Notes under the pieces: model-generated | Seen by the model: the letters and a program-made list of their open reading frames with translations, nothing else | Told to the model about the DNA's origin: nothing | Databases searched by the model: none | DNA from: an uncultured Gammaproteobacteria bacterium | Lineage (GTDB): Bacteria; Patescibacteriota; Microgenomatia; Woykebacterales; RBG-16-39-9b | Direction of reading: 5' to 3' | Assembly (NCBI GenBank): GCA_964349395.1 | Contig: CAYGGA010000003.1 | Location: 1,424 to 65,423 of the forward strand | DNA: 64,000 nucleotides | Shown here: positions 45,468 to 55,386 of the stretch, in pieces | How positions within the stretch are numbered: position 1 is the stretch's first letter | Layout of the letters: every line of letters starts with the position of its first letter | Made by a program: the position numbers and the translations under genes

Positions 45468-47507
45468 TTACTCATGAGGTACCAAAGTAAAGTTGTCTAT
45501 TTGGACCTCACTACGAGCACGATCATTGGTAAAAACCATTTCGTTCTGGCCAGGCTTGACCAAAACCACATCCCCGCTTGTGACACGGATCCCATTCCAT
45601 ATGGCTTCCCGAATTCCCCCAAGGGAGATTTGGTAATTAAGTTTGGCTTTAGTTTCTTCACCTAAAGCATTGTAAACAAAGACCACATTATCCTCCTCGC
45701 TCCAAATCCAATTTACCTCGTACAACCAAGTGTAAGTTGGTTTTGTACCGTCAAGGTAGACTACTTTACCAACTTTCGTAGTGGGTTGATAAACGATGGC
45801 ATTAGCAAAACGAGCAACTTCTTTGGCCCAATATTGAGTTTCCCCCAAGGGTGATTCACCATATTCTTTGTAATAAAAGTCATTGATGGGGTGAGGTTTG
45901 TCGTATAAATACTGGGTGTGGAAAACGACATAATCCACCCCGCTCGCTTTTAATTTCAACCATGTTTGCACAGAAGATAGTTCACTAATTTCTTTCAGAG
46001 GGATGACTTCATTTTGGAAAAGACCATTGTAAAGATTTTTTTTGTGGTATCTTTGCCAGATTAGAGAATTAGCCGTGTCAAAATCAACGGGGTACTCGGC
46101 AATCACTGTCTTGTCTGGGGTATTTTTTACCCAGTCGTAAACTGGTTGGTTGGCCAAAGTGGTTGTTTGTCCCCAACCAAAAGGCAAAAATTCTATAAAT
46201 ATCAGAACTGAAAGTAACCCTAAGACTACCTTTTTCTTTAGGTCACTTTTCAGCATGGTCGTCAAACCCAAACTCCCAATTATCAGAACTAGTAGTAAGA
46301 CCATAATACCCAAACGGGCATACACTCTAAAGAAAGGTACGAGTGGGTAAATCCATGTGCTAGGGAAATCAATCTTTATACCCTTGAAGATAACAAAAGG
46401 CGGCGCACTGATGAGCAGGACTACCCCCATTGAGATGAGTATCACCAATGTTAGGTGGCGATAATTTCTTCTTTTAATTAGGTAGTACAGGCTGACGAGA
46501 AAAACCACCACGGTTGTAATTCCCAAAAAGGCTATTCTTTCGGGCAAAAAAGCGCTAATGGTTTTGAAGTCTACGCTTTGAGCTCGAATCCAACCTAGTA
46601 AATTGTTGGACACTTCCCCCAAGAAAGGGTGGTTGGGAGCTGGTAGTAAAAAATCCCAGGGCCGCATGGAGAGAGATAAAAGGTCATTTAAGGGCCGGCT
46701 CGCTAAACTACCCACGGTCCCAAAACCACTTTTCTGAAAAAAGACCCGGAAAAGCAGCGGGGAGGTCACCAATAGCACCACCCCACTAGCTACCAGCCCA
46801 CTCTTAAAAAAAGACCAAGAAAAATAATTTTTCCTTCTTAGCAAGCTTGTTAAGAGTTGACCAAGGAAAAAACCAAAAGTTAGAAAAACTAAAAAGAGTC
46901 CGTAGTAGAGACTAGTAAAAAAGGCAAAGAGGAAGCTTAGCCCCAAAAACAAACCACTTCTCAGAGTTCGGTTTATATCAAAATATAGTAGAGCCAGAGT
47001 ATACAAGGGCAGGGTATAGAGTAACCCCAGATTTATATGCACAAAACTTTGCCAGAAGTGGTAGGGTGCAAAACTAAAAACAAACCCCGCAAAAAGACTA
47101 ACTAACTTATCTTTGGTCAAATAATAAATTAGATAGTACATACTCACACCAGAGAACACAAAACCCAAAATAGTGATCAGATTAAAAGCAATCAGGCTAT
47201 TGGTCAGGTAAGTTAACACAAGATAAGGCAAAGCCCAAGCCATTTCTGGCGGCAGGTCGGATAGATTAACACCCAAGGGATAACGGATAGAAGTGGTGAT
47301 ATTCTGAGACAAATCCACCCCGATATCCTTTAGAACCCCAAAGTACCAGATGGTAGAGAAGTTATCAGAAGTGAAACCAAAAACAGTAGTGTTTAGCCTC
47401 AGTACTAAAGGAAAAGTTAAAATAACAGTAAGTAGCAGGTAAAAACCGCTCACTTGGAGAAGATGTTTGATTGATTTTTTGGATGGCATTATTCTGAGCC
47501 CGTTCAA
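45468..47507 (-). CDS. Polytopic membrane protein, GT-C-like novel family (tandem paralog A)
   Basis: YGFTSDNFSTIWYFGVL after TM1, then FAPYHFWQSFVHINLG, WDFLLPAPNHPFLGEVS and KTISAFLPERIAFLG. About 13 TM helices plus a C-terminal about 230-aa soluble domain. Confidence 0.5.
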   Translation of the reverse strand: MNGLRIMPSKKSIKHLLQVSGFYLLLTVILTFPLVLRLNTTVFGFTSDNFSTIWYFGVLKDIGVDLSQNITTSIRYPLGVNLSDLPPEMAWALPYLVLTYLTNSLIAFNLITILGFVFSGVSMYYLIYYLTKDKLVSLFAGFVFSFAPYHFWQSFVHINLGLLYTLPLYTLALLYFDINRTLRSGLFLGLSFLFAFFTSLYYGLFLVFLTFGFFLGQLLTSLLRRKNYFSWSFFKSGLVASGVVLLVTSPLLFRVFFQKSGFGTVGSLASRPLNDLLSLSMRPWDFLLPAPNHPFLGEVSNNLLGWIRAQSVDFKTISAFLPERIAFLGITTVVVFLVSLYYLIKRRNYRHLTLVILISMGVVLLISAPPFVIFKGIKIDFPSTWIYPLVPFFRVYARLGIMVLLLVLIIGSLGLTTMLKSDLKKKVVLGLLSVLIFIEFLPFGWGQTTTLANQPVYDWVKNTPDKTVIAEYPVDFDTANSLIWQRYHKKNLYNGLFQNEVIPLKEISELSSVQTWLKLKASGVDYVVFHTQYLYDKPHPINDFYYKEYGESPLGETQYWAKEVARFANAIVYQPTTKVGKVVYLDGTKPTYTWLYEVNWIWSEEDNVVFVYNALGEETKAKLNYQISLGGIREAIWNGIRVTSGDVVLVKPGQNEMVFTNDRARSEVQIDNFTLVPHE

Positions 47508-47553
47508 CCCCGTTCAGAGCGAAGAACAATTACTCCTCTCATACCGCGTCAAC

Positions 47554-49650
47554 TTACTTAGCGGTAGTTGATGTTACTTTAGCAATATTGATATTTTTTA
47601 GTTTTACTCTGCAGTCTAGACAGCTAGAATCCACTCTTAGGACATTAAGCCCCGGACGTAGTTCCAAGACTCTTTTGTCCAAATCATTAGTCTCAACACC
47701 ATTGTAAAACTTTCTACTAACTTTTGCGCTGTCGCCTTCTAGCTCATAATTAAAACTAAGTCTCTCCGTGGCTGTCCCAAAATTAAAGAGGTAAATCACA
47801 TTCTCTTGTTTAGTTAATTCCAAACTATTCTCCCCCACCCAAACCAAATTTTCTTGACGACTGGGATTGTAGGCTAGAAATTTGGAGTTTGTAAGGGTCA
47901 GTTCATAAACTCGAGCATCAGAATACTCTTGTTGGAGTTTTAGCCAGGGATACTCCCGAACATCGACCTTCACACCATCTTTTAGCTTGATAGTTGGTGG
48001 CGGTGCGAAACGTGTAAAGTAGAGCTCATCAAAAGGATGGATATGGTCATAAAGATAACTGGTATGAAAAATTACATACTTTACTCCTAGGGAGCTAAGG
48101 ATATCGGCATGCTCTTTTGACTCTAGATTACCGACCTGATCCCAAAGTTGGTGATACTCATTGGAAAACATATTAAAGAGCCTTTTTTGGTGGTAACGCT
48201 GCCAAATCAAGGCGTCTGCAAGGTCAAATCGAGCCGGGTACTCGGCCACAATGACATCCCCAAGTTGACCTTTGAGCCACTGATAATACTCAGGTGGCTT
48301 ATCGAGGGCCACCACCTTGGACGGTGGAAAAGGTAAAAACTCCACTAACACCACCCCAACAATAAGAATAACTAAAGCTAGTTTTGCCTTAGGGAATTTT
48401 TTTAAAACCTCTACCACCCCAAGAGAAGCAAGCAGCGAGACAAAGAGGAGTATTACCACTCCAAATCGCACTAAGACGCGCAATGGAGGTAAAATAAGAA
48501 AGATAAGATAAGAAGGTAAATAGATAGTTATCCCTTTGACCACCAGAACAGGAGGTAAAGCAAAAAATGTTACCAGAAGAAGTAGGCTGGTGATCAGAAT
48601 TGTTTTTTTCCGTCTTTCAGGGTTCTTTAAACCATAAATTATTCCTAGAAGAGCCAGCAAGCTAGGCAAAATTCCAAGATAGACTACCCGCTCTGGCAAA
48701 AAGGCACTAATAGTTTTGTAATCATTGCTCAGAGTAGTAATTTTTTTATAAACACTCTTAGATATCTCCCCGAAAAGGGGGTGGTCAGGAGCTGGTAAAA
48801 AAAGATCCCAAGGACGTAGAGACAAGGACAAAAAATCATTGAGGGTACGGTTACTAACTGAGCCAGAAGCCAGCGTAAAAGTAGTCTTAAGACTTGAATA
48901 AAAATCTAAAATTGAGGGGCCCATTAAAACTACCACTAGTAGGCCACTTACCAGCAAAGCCTTAATTCTTTGACCAGTAAAATAGTTTTCGTTTTTGAAA
49001 AGAGCCCCCAAAAAATTGACCAGGAAAAAACTAACCCCCACTAAAGCCATAAACAGTCCATAGTAAAAAGTGTTTAAAAAGACCAGGATAAAACTTAAAG
49101 CAAGCAGCACTCCGGCTAATACACTAGGCTTATCGTTTAGGTAAAATAAAGCCAGAAGAAAAAGCGGTAGTGTATAGATAAAAGTTAAAGAAATATGAGC
49201 ATATCCTTGCCAAAAATGGTAAGGTGCAAAAGTAAAAATCAAACCCGCAATAAAAGCACCAGCCTTGTTTTTAAACAAATAGTAAGATAGAAAGTACATA
49301 GTCATGCCAGCTAAAGGGAAAGACAACAAGAAAAGAGTATTTAGCGCTAGTAATTCATTTCCCAAAGTGCTTAGTATTCTGGCGGATAAGACCCAAAAAT
49401 TTTCCATTGCTAAGGCCCCATATTGAATTCCAAACGGAGCATTAATAAAAGGAATAAAATCAGCCTGTAAATTGTGGGAGGAGCTAAATTTCAACCACCA
49501 GAAGTGCCAAGCGGCACTAAAATTGTCTGAGGTGTACCCATAGAGTGAGGAGCTAATTTTAAAAACCAGGGGGTAAGTAAAAACAACGGTTACAAAAAGA
49601 TAGCCAAGTAAAGCTAAGATTTCAGTACGGATTTTTTTGAGCAGCATCAT
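47554..49650 (-). CDS. Polytopic membrane protein, GT-C-like novel family (tandem paralog B)
   Basis: YGYTSDNFSAAWHFWWL, FAPYHFWQGYAHISLT, WDLFLPAPDHPLFGEIS and KTISAFLPERVVYLG are collinear with 45468-47507. Confidence 0.5.
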   Translation of the reverse strand: MMLLKKIRTEILALLGYLFVTVVFTYPLVFKISSSLYGYTSDNFSAAWHFWWLKFSSSHNLQADFIPFINAPFGIQYGALAMENFWVLSARILSTLGNELLALNTLFLLSFPLAGMTMYFLSYYLFKNKAGAFIAGLIFTFAPYHFWQGYAHISLTFIYTLPLFLLALFYLNDKPSVLAGVLLALSFILVFLNTFYYGLFMALVGVSFFLVNFLGALFKNENYFTGQRIKALLVSGLLVVVLMGPSILDFYSSLKTTFTLASGSVSNRTLNDFLSLSLRPWDLFLPAPDHPLFGEISKSVYKKITTLSNDYKTISAFLPERVVYLGILPSLLALLGIIYGLKNPERRKKTILITSLLLLVTFFALPPVLVVKGITIYLPSYLIFLILPPLRVLVRFGVVILLFVSLLASLGVVEVLKKFPKAKLALVILIVGVVLVEFLPFPPSKVVALDKPPEYYQWLKGQLGDVIVAEYPARFDLADALIWQRYHQKRLFNMFSNEYHQLWDQVGNLESKEHADILSSLGVKYVIFHTSYLYDHIHPFDELYFTRFAPPPTIKLKDGVKVDVREYPWLKLQQEYSDARVYELTLTNSKFLAYNPSRQENLVWVGENSLELTKQENVIYLFNFGTATERLSFNYELEGDSAKVSRKFYNGVETNDLDKRVLELRPGLNVLRVDSSCLDCRVKLKNINIAKVTSTTAK

Positions 49651-50420
49651 GTTTTTTTGCCTAAAACGATAAAACTTCCGCCAAACTTGTTTAGAACAGG
49701 AGTTTTCTCGATTACTTTTTCTATTTTACTCCAAAAATTTTTCCTTTGTTTAAAGAAGGGTTGGTTTTTAGGGATAAACCCAAGACCAAAGACTTTAACG
49801 CTACTAAATTTCGTTTTCAAAGATTTGGTGATATTCCAAGGATAAATAATGGTCTCATTGGCTGACAGGTCTCGAGTTTCTCGCCACCTCTTCCCCAATG
49901 GTAAAAGCCTCTCTGGGGAGTTCTGTAGCCACCACTTAAACATAATTGGATTTAAACCATTTGGTTCTAGGACATAATAAAGTCCACCTTTTTTTAACAC
50001 CCGGAAAACTTCAGCCGTTACTTGGTTTAAACTCTCGGGCGGAAAATGATGCAGAGAGTAGGTTACAATTACTAAATCAAAACTATTCTCTTTAAAAGGT
50101 AGTCGGTGGGCATCTCCTTGCAAATACGTGGCTTTTATTTTTTCCTTATACGCCCGTCTTTTCGCATCAGCAACTAACTGCGCCATTAGATCCAACCCCG
50201 TATACTCGATCCCACTTTTTTTGATCAGCTCTACACTAAATTGGCCCCCACCACAAGCAATCTCCAGAACATTGTCCCCTTCACCTAGATTGGTTCTACT
50301 GATTAGATCTTGGACGTAGTGAGCAATACTATCTTGATCTAGCTGGTCTTGGGACTCGAGTCGATACCAATCATTTCTTTTAAAGTGTTCTAATTCTTTT
50401 TTTAGATCTTGGGTCCTCAT
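49647..50420 (-). CDS. Class I SAM-dependent methyltransferase
   Basis: Motif I VLEIACGGGQFS. Post-I acidic residue. Motif LKKGGLYYV. Confidence 0.65.
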   Translation of the reverse strand: MRTQDLKKELEHFKRNDWYRLESQDQLDQDSIAHYVQDLISRTNLGEGDNVLEIACGGGQFSVELIKKSGIEYTGLDLMAQLVADAKRRAYKEKIKATYLQGDAHRLPFKENSFDLVIVTYSLHHFPPESLNQVTAEVFRVLKKGGLYYVLEPNGLNPIMFKWWLQNSPERLLPLGKRWRETRDLSANETIIYPWNITKSLKTKFSSVKVFGLGFIPKNQPFFKQRKNFWSKIEKVIEKTPVLNKFGGSFIVLGKKT

Positions 50421-51625
50421 AAACGGTTAATAATCCTTACTAGATCCTTGACTACTTTTTCGTGATCAAAAAATTTTGCTTGCTCAACTGCTTCTTGACC
50501 TAATTTTTTCCTCAAACTCTCATTCTCTAAAACTTCTATTAACATGTCAGCAAATCTGTCCGTGTCAAAAAGCGGAACACTTTTAAACCCTTTTTTATAT
50601 ACTCCCCCAAAGATATCAATATCATAAGAGACTACTGGTAGTCCTGAGGACATGGCTTCACACACGGCCAAACCCCACCCATTTTCGTGATCTGGACAAA
50701 GAAAGACTTGGGCACTTTTTAAAATATTGTAAACTTCGTCTTTTTCTAAAAATCCCAGCAGAGAAAAAGATTCTCCAAAATCCTTATCCGTTATCAAATC
50801 TGACATTTTCTTCACGTAGTTAGTATTGCCGCCACCAATCCAACCAAGCTTCCATTTTTTATTCCGACTATGAACTTTTTCCCAAACTTTTATAGTGTCA
50901 AAGATTCCTTTCACCGGTGCAATTCTTCCCAAAACCACTACGTCATAATCATAATTCTGAGTTTTTTTAAAGGAGTGAATCATTTCAAAATCAATTCCGG
51001 CTCCTAAAATACCTACTTTTTCTTTTGGGAAACCAAGAGCAATGACTTCCTCACGGAGTTTTTGATTTAGAGCCAGGACAGTATCACTTCTCCTTTTCAT
51101 CATCCAAAAACTCAACCTCTGTAAATAGAAAGCACCCAAATTATTTAGAAAACCACCTTGCCTCCTGCTTGGAGAAAGCAAAACATGATAAATCCGGCTA
51201 ATCCATTTAATACTTTTTTTAGTGGATAAAAAATATGCTGGCCAAATATCAGCATAAGCAATATCACTACACGAGTAAATAACTTCAATCTTTTCTTTCT
51301 GCAAAAGCCGATATGTTTGCCAACTTCTAATAATGTAGCTTAAAAAAATAGCTACCGGACTATGTTTAAAGTCAAACCTATTAGTGGGTAAAAAACGGAA
51401 CTCTAGATTATCTCGGTGAATGTTTTTCCACAGATCTTTAGAAAATTCTGGGGTGACTATTACTATTTTTAGCTCCTTGGGAAGTCTTGGAGCAATATCA
51501 AGAAAAAGTTGGTCTCCACCACTCACCATGTCAGGAGTTACTAGCCCCGTAAACAAAACATGTAGAGTTTTGACCCTAGTCATTTTGAAAGTTCCCCAAC
51601 CAAAGTTAAGGCATGTTTTTCCCAC
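50417..51625 (-). CDS. Glycosyltransferase family 4
   Basis: DHENGWGLAVCEAMSSGLPVVSYDIDIFGG. Confidence 0.65.
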   Translation of the reverse strand: MGKTCLNFGWGTFKMTRVKTLHVLFTGLVTPDMVSGGDQLFLDIAPRLPKELKIVIVTPEFSKDLWKNIHRDNLEFRFLPTNRFDFKHSPVAIFLSYIIRSWQTYRLLQKEKIEVIYSCSDIAYADIWPAYFLSTKKSIKWISRIYHVLLSPSRRQGGFLNNLGAFYLQRLSFWMMKRRSDTVLALNQKLREEVIALGFPKEKVGILGAGIDFEMIHSFKKTQNYDYDVVVLGRIAPVKGIFDTIKVWEKVHSRNKKWKLGWIGGGNTNYVKKMSDLITDKDFGESFSLLGFLEKDEVYNILKSAQVFLCPDHENGWGLAVCEAMSSGLPVVSYDIDIFGGVYKKGFKSVPLFDTDRFADMLIEVLENESLRKKLGQEAVEQAKFFDHEKVVKDLVRIINRL

Positions 51626-52740
51626 GAGTAGTTATTGATAACTTTTTCCCAACCGTGTCTTCCCATGATAGTTGCTTTCTTCTTGTCATTTAGTAACATA
51701 GTTAGTTTTTCTAGCACCTGTTTTGTATCTCTTTCTTTAGTAAAAAACCCTTCTTGCCCATCGGTAAATAGCTCCCCTACCCCCTGACTCTCAGGAATGA
51801 TAAACGGGCAGCCCTGACTGGCTGCCTCCAACGCTGGCATACCAAAACCGCGATCGTCATTGGTTTGAACAAAGACTCTAGCAGTGGTATACAAGTGGTT
51901 CAATTCTAGCTCACTTAAACTCCCGGTAATGATAACTCTAGATTCAAGATTGCGAGCAACAACTTTTTTTCTAAATTCTTCTTGTAAATTCTCTGGGTAC
52001 CAGCTACCAGCCATAACTAATTTAGTAGAAGGTAGTTTTTCTATCAAATCTAAATTGTATTCTGGGTTTTTACCTTCCTTCCAAGCTGTGACCATCAAAA
52101 TGAAATCCCCTCTCTCTTGTAAAATTTCTTTTGCGGGGTTAATACCAGGATAAAGTTTATCAATTCTTTTAACGCCTAGTTTTTTTAAATAAGGGATATT
52201 CGCCCCTCCAGCTACCAAAACCACGGAAGCCTTAAAAACCACTAAATAATCAACCAACTTTGCTAGTGGTAAAAGGAGAGATCTTAATATTCTAATTGGG
52301 CCTTGGGAATAGGCTTTTTCCAGAATATAAGCAGTTGGATCCCAGATCAAAACGGCAAAAGGGATCTTTTTAAAAGCTCTTAAGGCTAAAGAGGTGAAAG
52401 TAGTGTAAGTGCCGTGCGACAAAAAAATGCTAAACTCCTCTCGTTTGACCACCCAGGGTAACAGTAAAGGATAGCTTAGGTGAAAAAGGGAGAAAAAGGA
52501 AAAGGCCGGGAACTTAAAAGAAATTTTTAAAAAAGCGGGCAATCTACTATCAAGAAAAACAATCGGGACTTTCTGCAATAGATCAGAAAAAGGATGGTTA
52601 GTGATATCTGTTTCTCTGAGAACTACTAAAGAAGCCGGAGTGCCAATATTATTTAAAGCGTACACCTGTTGGATAGCAATTTTCTCCACCCCACCACTGT
52701 GAATCTGGTCTATCAAAATTCCAATTTTACCCTCAGACAT
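51580..52740 (-). CDS. Glycosyltransferase family 4
   Basis: NDDRGFGMPALEAASQGCPFIIPESQGVGELFTDGQEGFF. Confidence 0.7.
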   Translation of the reverse strand: MSEGKIGILIDQIHSGGVEKIAIQQVYALNNIGTPASLVVLRETDITNHPFSDLLQKVPIVFLDSRLPAFLKISFKFPAFSFFSLFHLSYPLLLPWVVKREEFSIFLSHGTYTTFTSLALRAFKKIPFAVLIWDPTAYILEKAYSQGPIRILRSLLLPLAKLVDYLVVFKASVVLVAGGANIPYLKKLGVKRIDKLYPGINPAKEILQERGDFILMVTAWKEGKNPEYNLDLIEKLPSTKLVMAGSWYPENLQEEFRKKVVARNLESRVIITGSLSELELNHLYTTARVFVQTNDDRGFGMPALEAASQGCPFIIPESQGVGELFTDGQEGFFTKERDTKQVLEKLTMLLNDKKKATIMGRHGWEKVINNYSWEKHALTLVGELSK

Positions 52741-52782
52741 GCATTAATGATAACAAAAAGAACTGGCAGAGAGATAGGAGAA

Positions 52783-54030
52783 TTACTTTTTGAGTGAAGC
52801 AAAAAAGCGGTCAAAAACACTCGTCATGTAGTCAATGTCACTTTTTTTGATTTCTTGATGGCAACCAATGTAAAAGCCATTATGATCGACCCATTTAGCC
52901 ACGGGGTATTGATCTTCAATCTCACCAAATATCTCTTTATACACGGGTTGGCTCAAAAGGGGCATCAAGTTTCTGGTTTCTATTCCGGCTGCTTCTAAGA
53001 AGAAGATTAAATCTTCACGACTAAAGGGGGCATCTTTTTCCACGACGATGGGAAACATCATAAAAGCATGCTCAGTCTCTGGTCTTACTTTTGGTAACTG
53101 TAGATAATTGGAGTATTTCCTTAGCCTACGCAGAAGTGCTTGAGCATTACGCCAGCGCTTTTTTAGCATCTGATCTTTGGTCTCAAGCATCGCCACCCCA
53201 AGAGCTCCTTCCATCTCGGTGCCACGGTAACTATAGCCAACATGAACAAAAGAGAATCTTCTTTCCACAATCTTAAACAGTTTACTCTTGTCTTGAGTGT
53301 CGTCGTCGTCAATGGAAATATAAATACTGTCGCGACCATGATTATAAAGACTTTTAATCAGGACCGCGAGATCATCATCATTGGTAAGTGTTAAACCACC
53401 GACGCCAGTGACGATCAGATGAGCTACGTAAGTAGAAAAACAAGCTACATCTCCCCAAGAACCAGTGGGCTTACCCTTGTACTTCACAAACATCGTCTCA
53501 CATGAATCCTCGATCACCCGCAGATTGTGTTTCTTGGCTATTTCCATAATCGGATCCATATCGCAAGGCTGACCAAAAAGGTGAACTGGCATGATAGCTC
53601 TGGTTTTTTTGGTGATTTTAGCTTCAATCTTAGATGGGTCGATCTCGTAATAAACCGGGTCAATATCAACAAAAACTGGTTTTAGATTGTTTTGAATAAT
53701 GACATTGGAGGACGCTACAAAAGTAATCGCGGGCACCAAAACCTCGTCACCATCTTCCCAACCATATTTTTCTTTTAGGGCGTGTAGACCTACCTGAAGA
53801 GCCGAGGTACCAGAATTACAAAAAAGGGCGTACTTGCGATCATGAAGAGAAGCAAACTCTGACTCAAATCTCTGCGTAAAAGGTCCATAAGAAAGACGAT
53901 TACTATCTAAAACTTGGCGGACATATTTTTTGGCTTTAGGAGAGATAAAAGTACCACCAACACCAATTGTTCTTTCAGGTTTATTCGAAGAAAAGCTCTG
54001 CTTATTCGCAGAAAAACTATGTTTATTCAT
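52783..54030 (-). CDS. DegT/DnrJ/EryC1/StrS-family PLP-dependent sugar aminotransferase
   Basis: Fold-type I aminotransferase blocks (FCNSGTSALQV; DSCETMF; catalytic Lys region). The likely start is the internal ATG at about 54030. The track start would overlap the upstream gene. Confidence 0.65.
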   Translation of the reverse strand: MNKHSFSANKQSFSSNKPERTIGVGGTFISPKAKKYVRQVLDSNRLSYGPFTQRFESEFASLHDRKYALFCNSGTSALQVGLHALKEKYGWEDGDEVLVPAITFVASSNVIIQNNLKPVFVDIDPVYYEIDPSKIEAKITKKTRAIMPVHLFGQPCDMDPIMEIAKKHNLRVIEDSCETMFVKYKGKPTGSWGDVACFSTYVAHLIVTGVGGLTLTNDDDLAVLIKSLYNHGRDSIYISIDDDDTQDKSKLFKIVERRFSFVHVGYSYRGTEMEGALGVAMLETKDQMLKKRWRNAQALLRRLRKYSNYLQLPKVRPETEHAFMMFPIVVEKDAPFSREDLIFFLEAAGIETRNLMPLLSQPVYKEIFGEIEDQYPVAKWVDHNGFYIGCHQEIKKSDIDYMTSVFDRFFASLKK

Positions 54031-54049
54031 ACGGAAAGTATATCCAAAT

Positions 54050-54862
54050 TTACCTTTTCTGTCTAGAAAAAAGACTATCAACCAACCCTAGAAAGCCAGC
54101 GGCAAACTCGGTACTTTTCAAAACAAATAAACCCACTGTTTTGCCAGGGTTTTTTAAAAGTCTGGCTGGGCTTTTAAAAAAGGCTGCTCTCAAGGGAGTA
54201 ACTTGGGAGTATGTAAAATTTCTTTTGGCTAGATAGTTTCTTATTTGTCTACCATAGTAAAATTTCTTCTTGGCGGTTTTAAGAAGCCCTAGGCTCCCCT
54301 CGTTGTGCAAAATCAACGCGTGAATTCTGTCTATTTTTACTCCGGATGATTTGATACGGTTGGCTAAATCCCAATCTTCCCCCGCCACCAACTTTTCATC
54401 ATAACCTCCAACTTTTTCAAAAATCTTTTTTTCGATAAATCTAGGCGCCTCCAAATCAGTTTCGCCAATATAGAAACTTCTTTCAAATGCTTTGACCTCA
54501 GACCAAAACCCAACTCCAAAGGATTTCTCCGGAATCGACAATGCTTTAACATCTGGTTTTTGGCTCACCAAGTCACAAGATTCAGCAATCACATCTTTTG
54601 TAAGTTCCATATCGGCGTCCACAAACAGCAAGTAATCACCCTGGGCATAAGTTGCCCCAAAGTTTCTCTGGGCACTTCTCTCTGGGCCATGATTAAACAC
54701 TGCTGTGGTGTATTTTTTGGCAATCGCAACGGTATTATCGGTTGAGTTTCGATCAACGATAATGATTTCCTCAGGCGAGCGTGATTGGTTATTAATCGAC
54801 TTTAAGCAATTTTCCAAAGTCTCCGCCGCATTTCTGGTACTCAAAATTACGGTAACCTTCAC
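54050..54862 (-). CDS. Glycosyltransferase family 2
   Basis: KVTVILSTRNAAETLENCL...IIIVDRNSTDNT and the DADME (DxD) motif. Confidence 0.7.
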   Translation of the reverse strand: MKVTVILSTRNAAETLENCLKSINNQSRSPEEIIIVDRNSTDNTVAIAKKYTTAVFNHGPERSAQRNFGATYAQGDYLLFVDADMELTKDVIAESCDLVSQKPDVKALSIPEKSFGVGFWSEVKAFERSFYIGETDLEAPRFIEKKIFEKVGGYDEKLVAGEDWDLANRIKSSGVKIDRIHALILHNEGSLGLLKTAKKKFYYGRQIRNYLAKRNFTYSQVTPLRAAFFKSPARLLKNPGKTVGLFVLKSTEFAAGFLGLVDSLFSRQKR

Positions 54863-55386
54863 TTAACTGCCTCCAACTCGTACTCGATTACTCCCACTGG
54901 AAAAATAAAGGCAAATCTGCGCTCGTAAAAAACTTGATGGCTATTGATCCACCAAAGAATTAACTTCAGGATAGGGTTACTGACCTGCGGTGGTCCCAAC
55001 AAGACCTTTTTCTTTTTAAACTCTGTTTTACTGTAGTGCCAATCGAAATAAAGTGAGTCTTTAACAAAATAATCAAAAGTTCTCGAGGTCATAAAGTGTT
55101 TATGAGTTGGGTCTGTAAACATATCAGCACTTGAAAAGTGTGGCCCACGGACGATTAGTTTACCACCCTTTTTCAAAACCCGATGAATCTCTTCCATTAC
55201 TTTTGGAATATTGTTCATGTGCTCAATCACATGCTCCGCGAAAACTTGGTCAAAGCTGCTCACCTTGATAGGGTAAGGAAATTTTTCCATGTCATGGATA
55301 ATGTCAGCCTCTGATTTGGGGTCAATATCTAGCCCCACAGCTCCCCGCAATTTGGTGGATCCACAGCCTAAATGAAGAATTTTCAT
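54859..55386 (-). CDS. Class I SAM-dependent methyltransferase (small, 175 aa)
   Basis: ILHLGCGSTKLRGAVGLDI motif I and LKKGGKLIV. Confidence 0.6.
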   Translation of the reverse strand: MKILHLGCGSTKLRGAVGLDIDPKSEADIIHDMEKFPYPIKVSSFDQVFAEHVIEHMNNIPKVMEEIHRVLKKGGKLIVRGPHFSSADMFTDPTHKHFMTSRTFDYFVKDSLYFDWHYSKTEFKKKKVLLGPPQVSNPILKLILWWINSHQVFYERRFAFIFPVGVIEYELEAVK

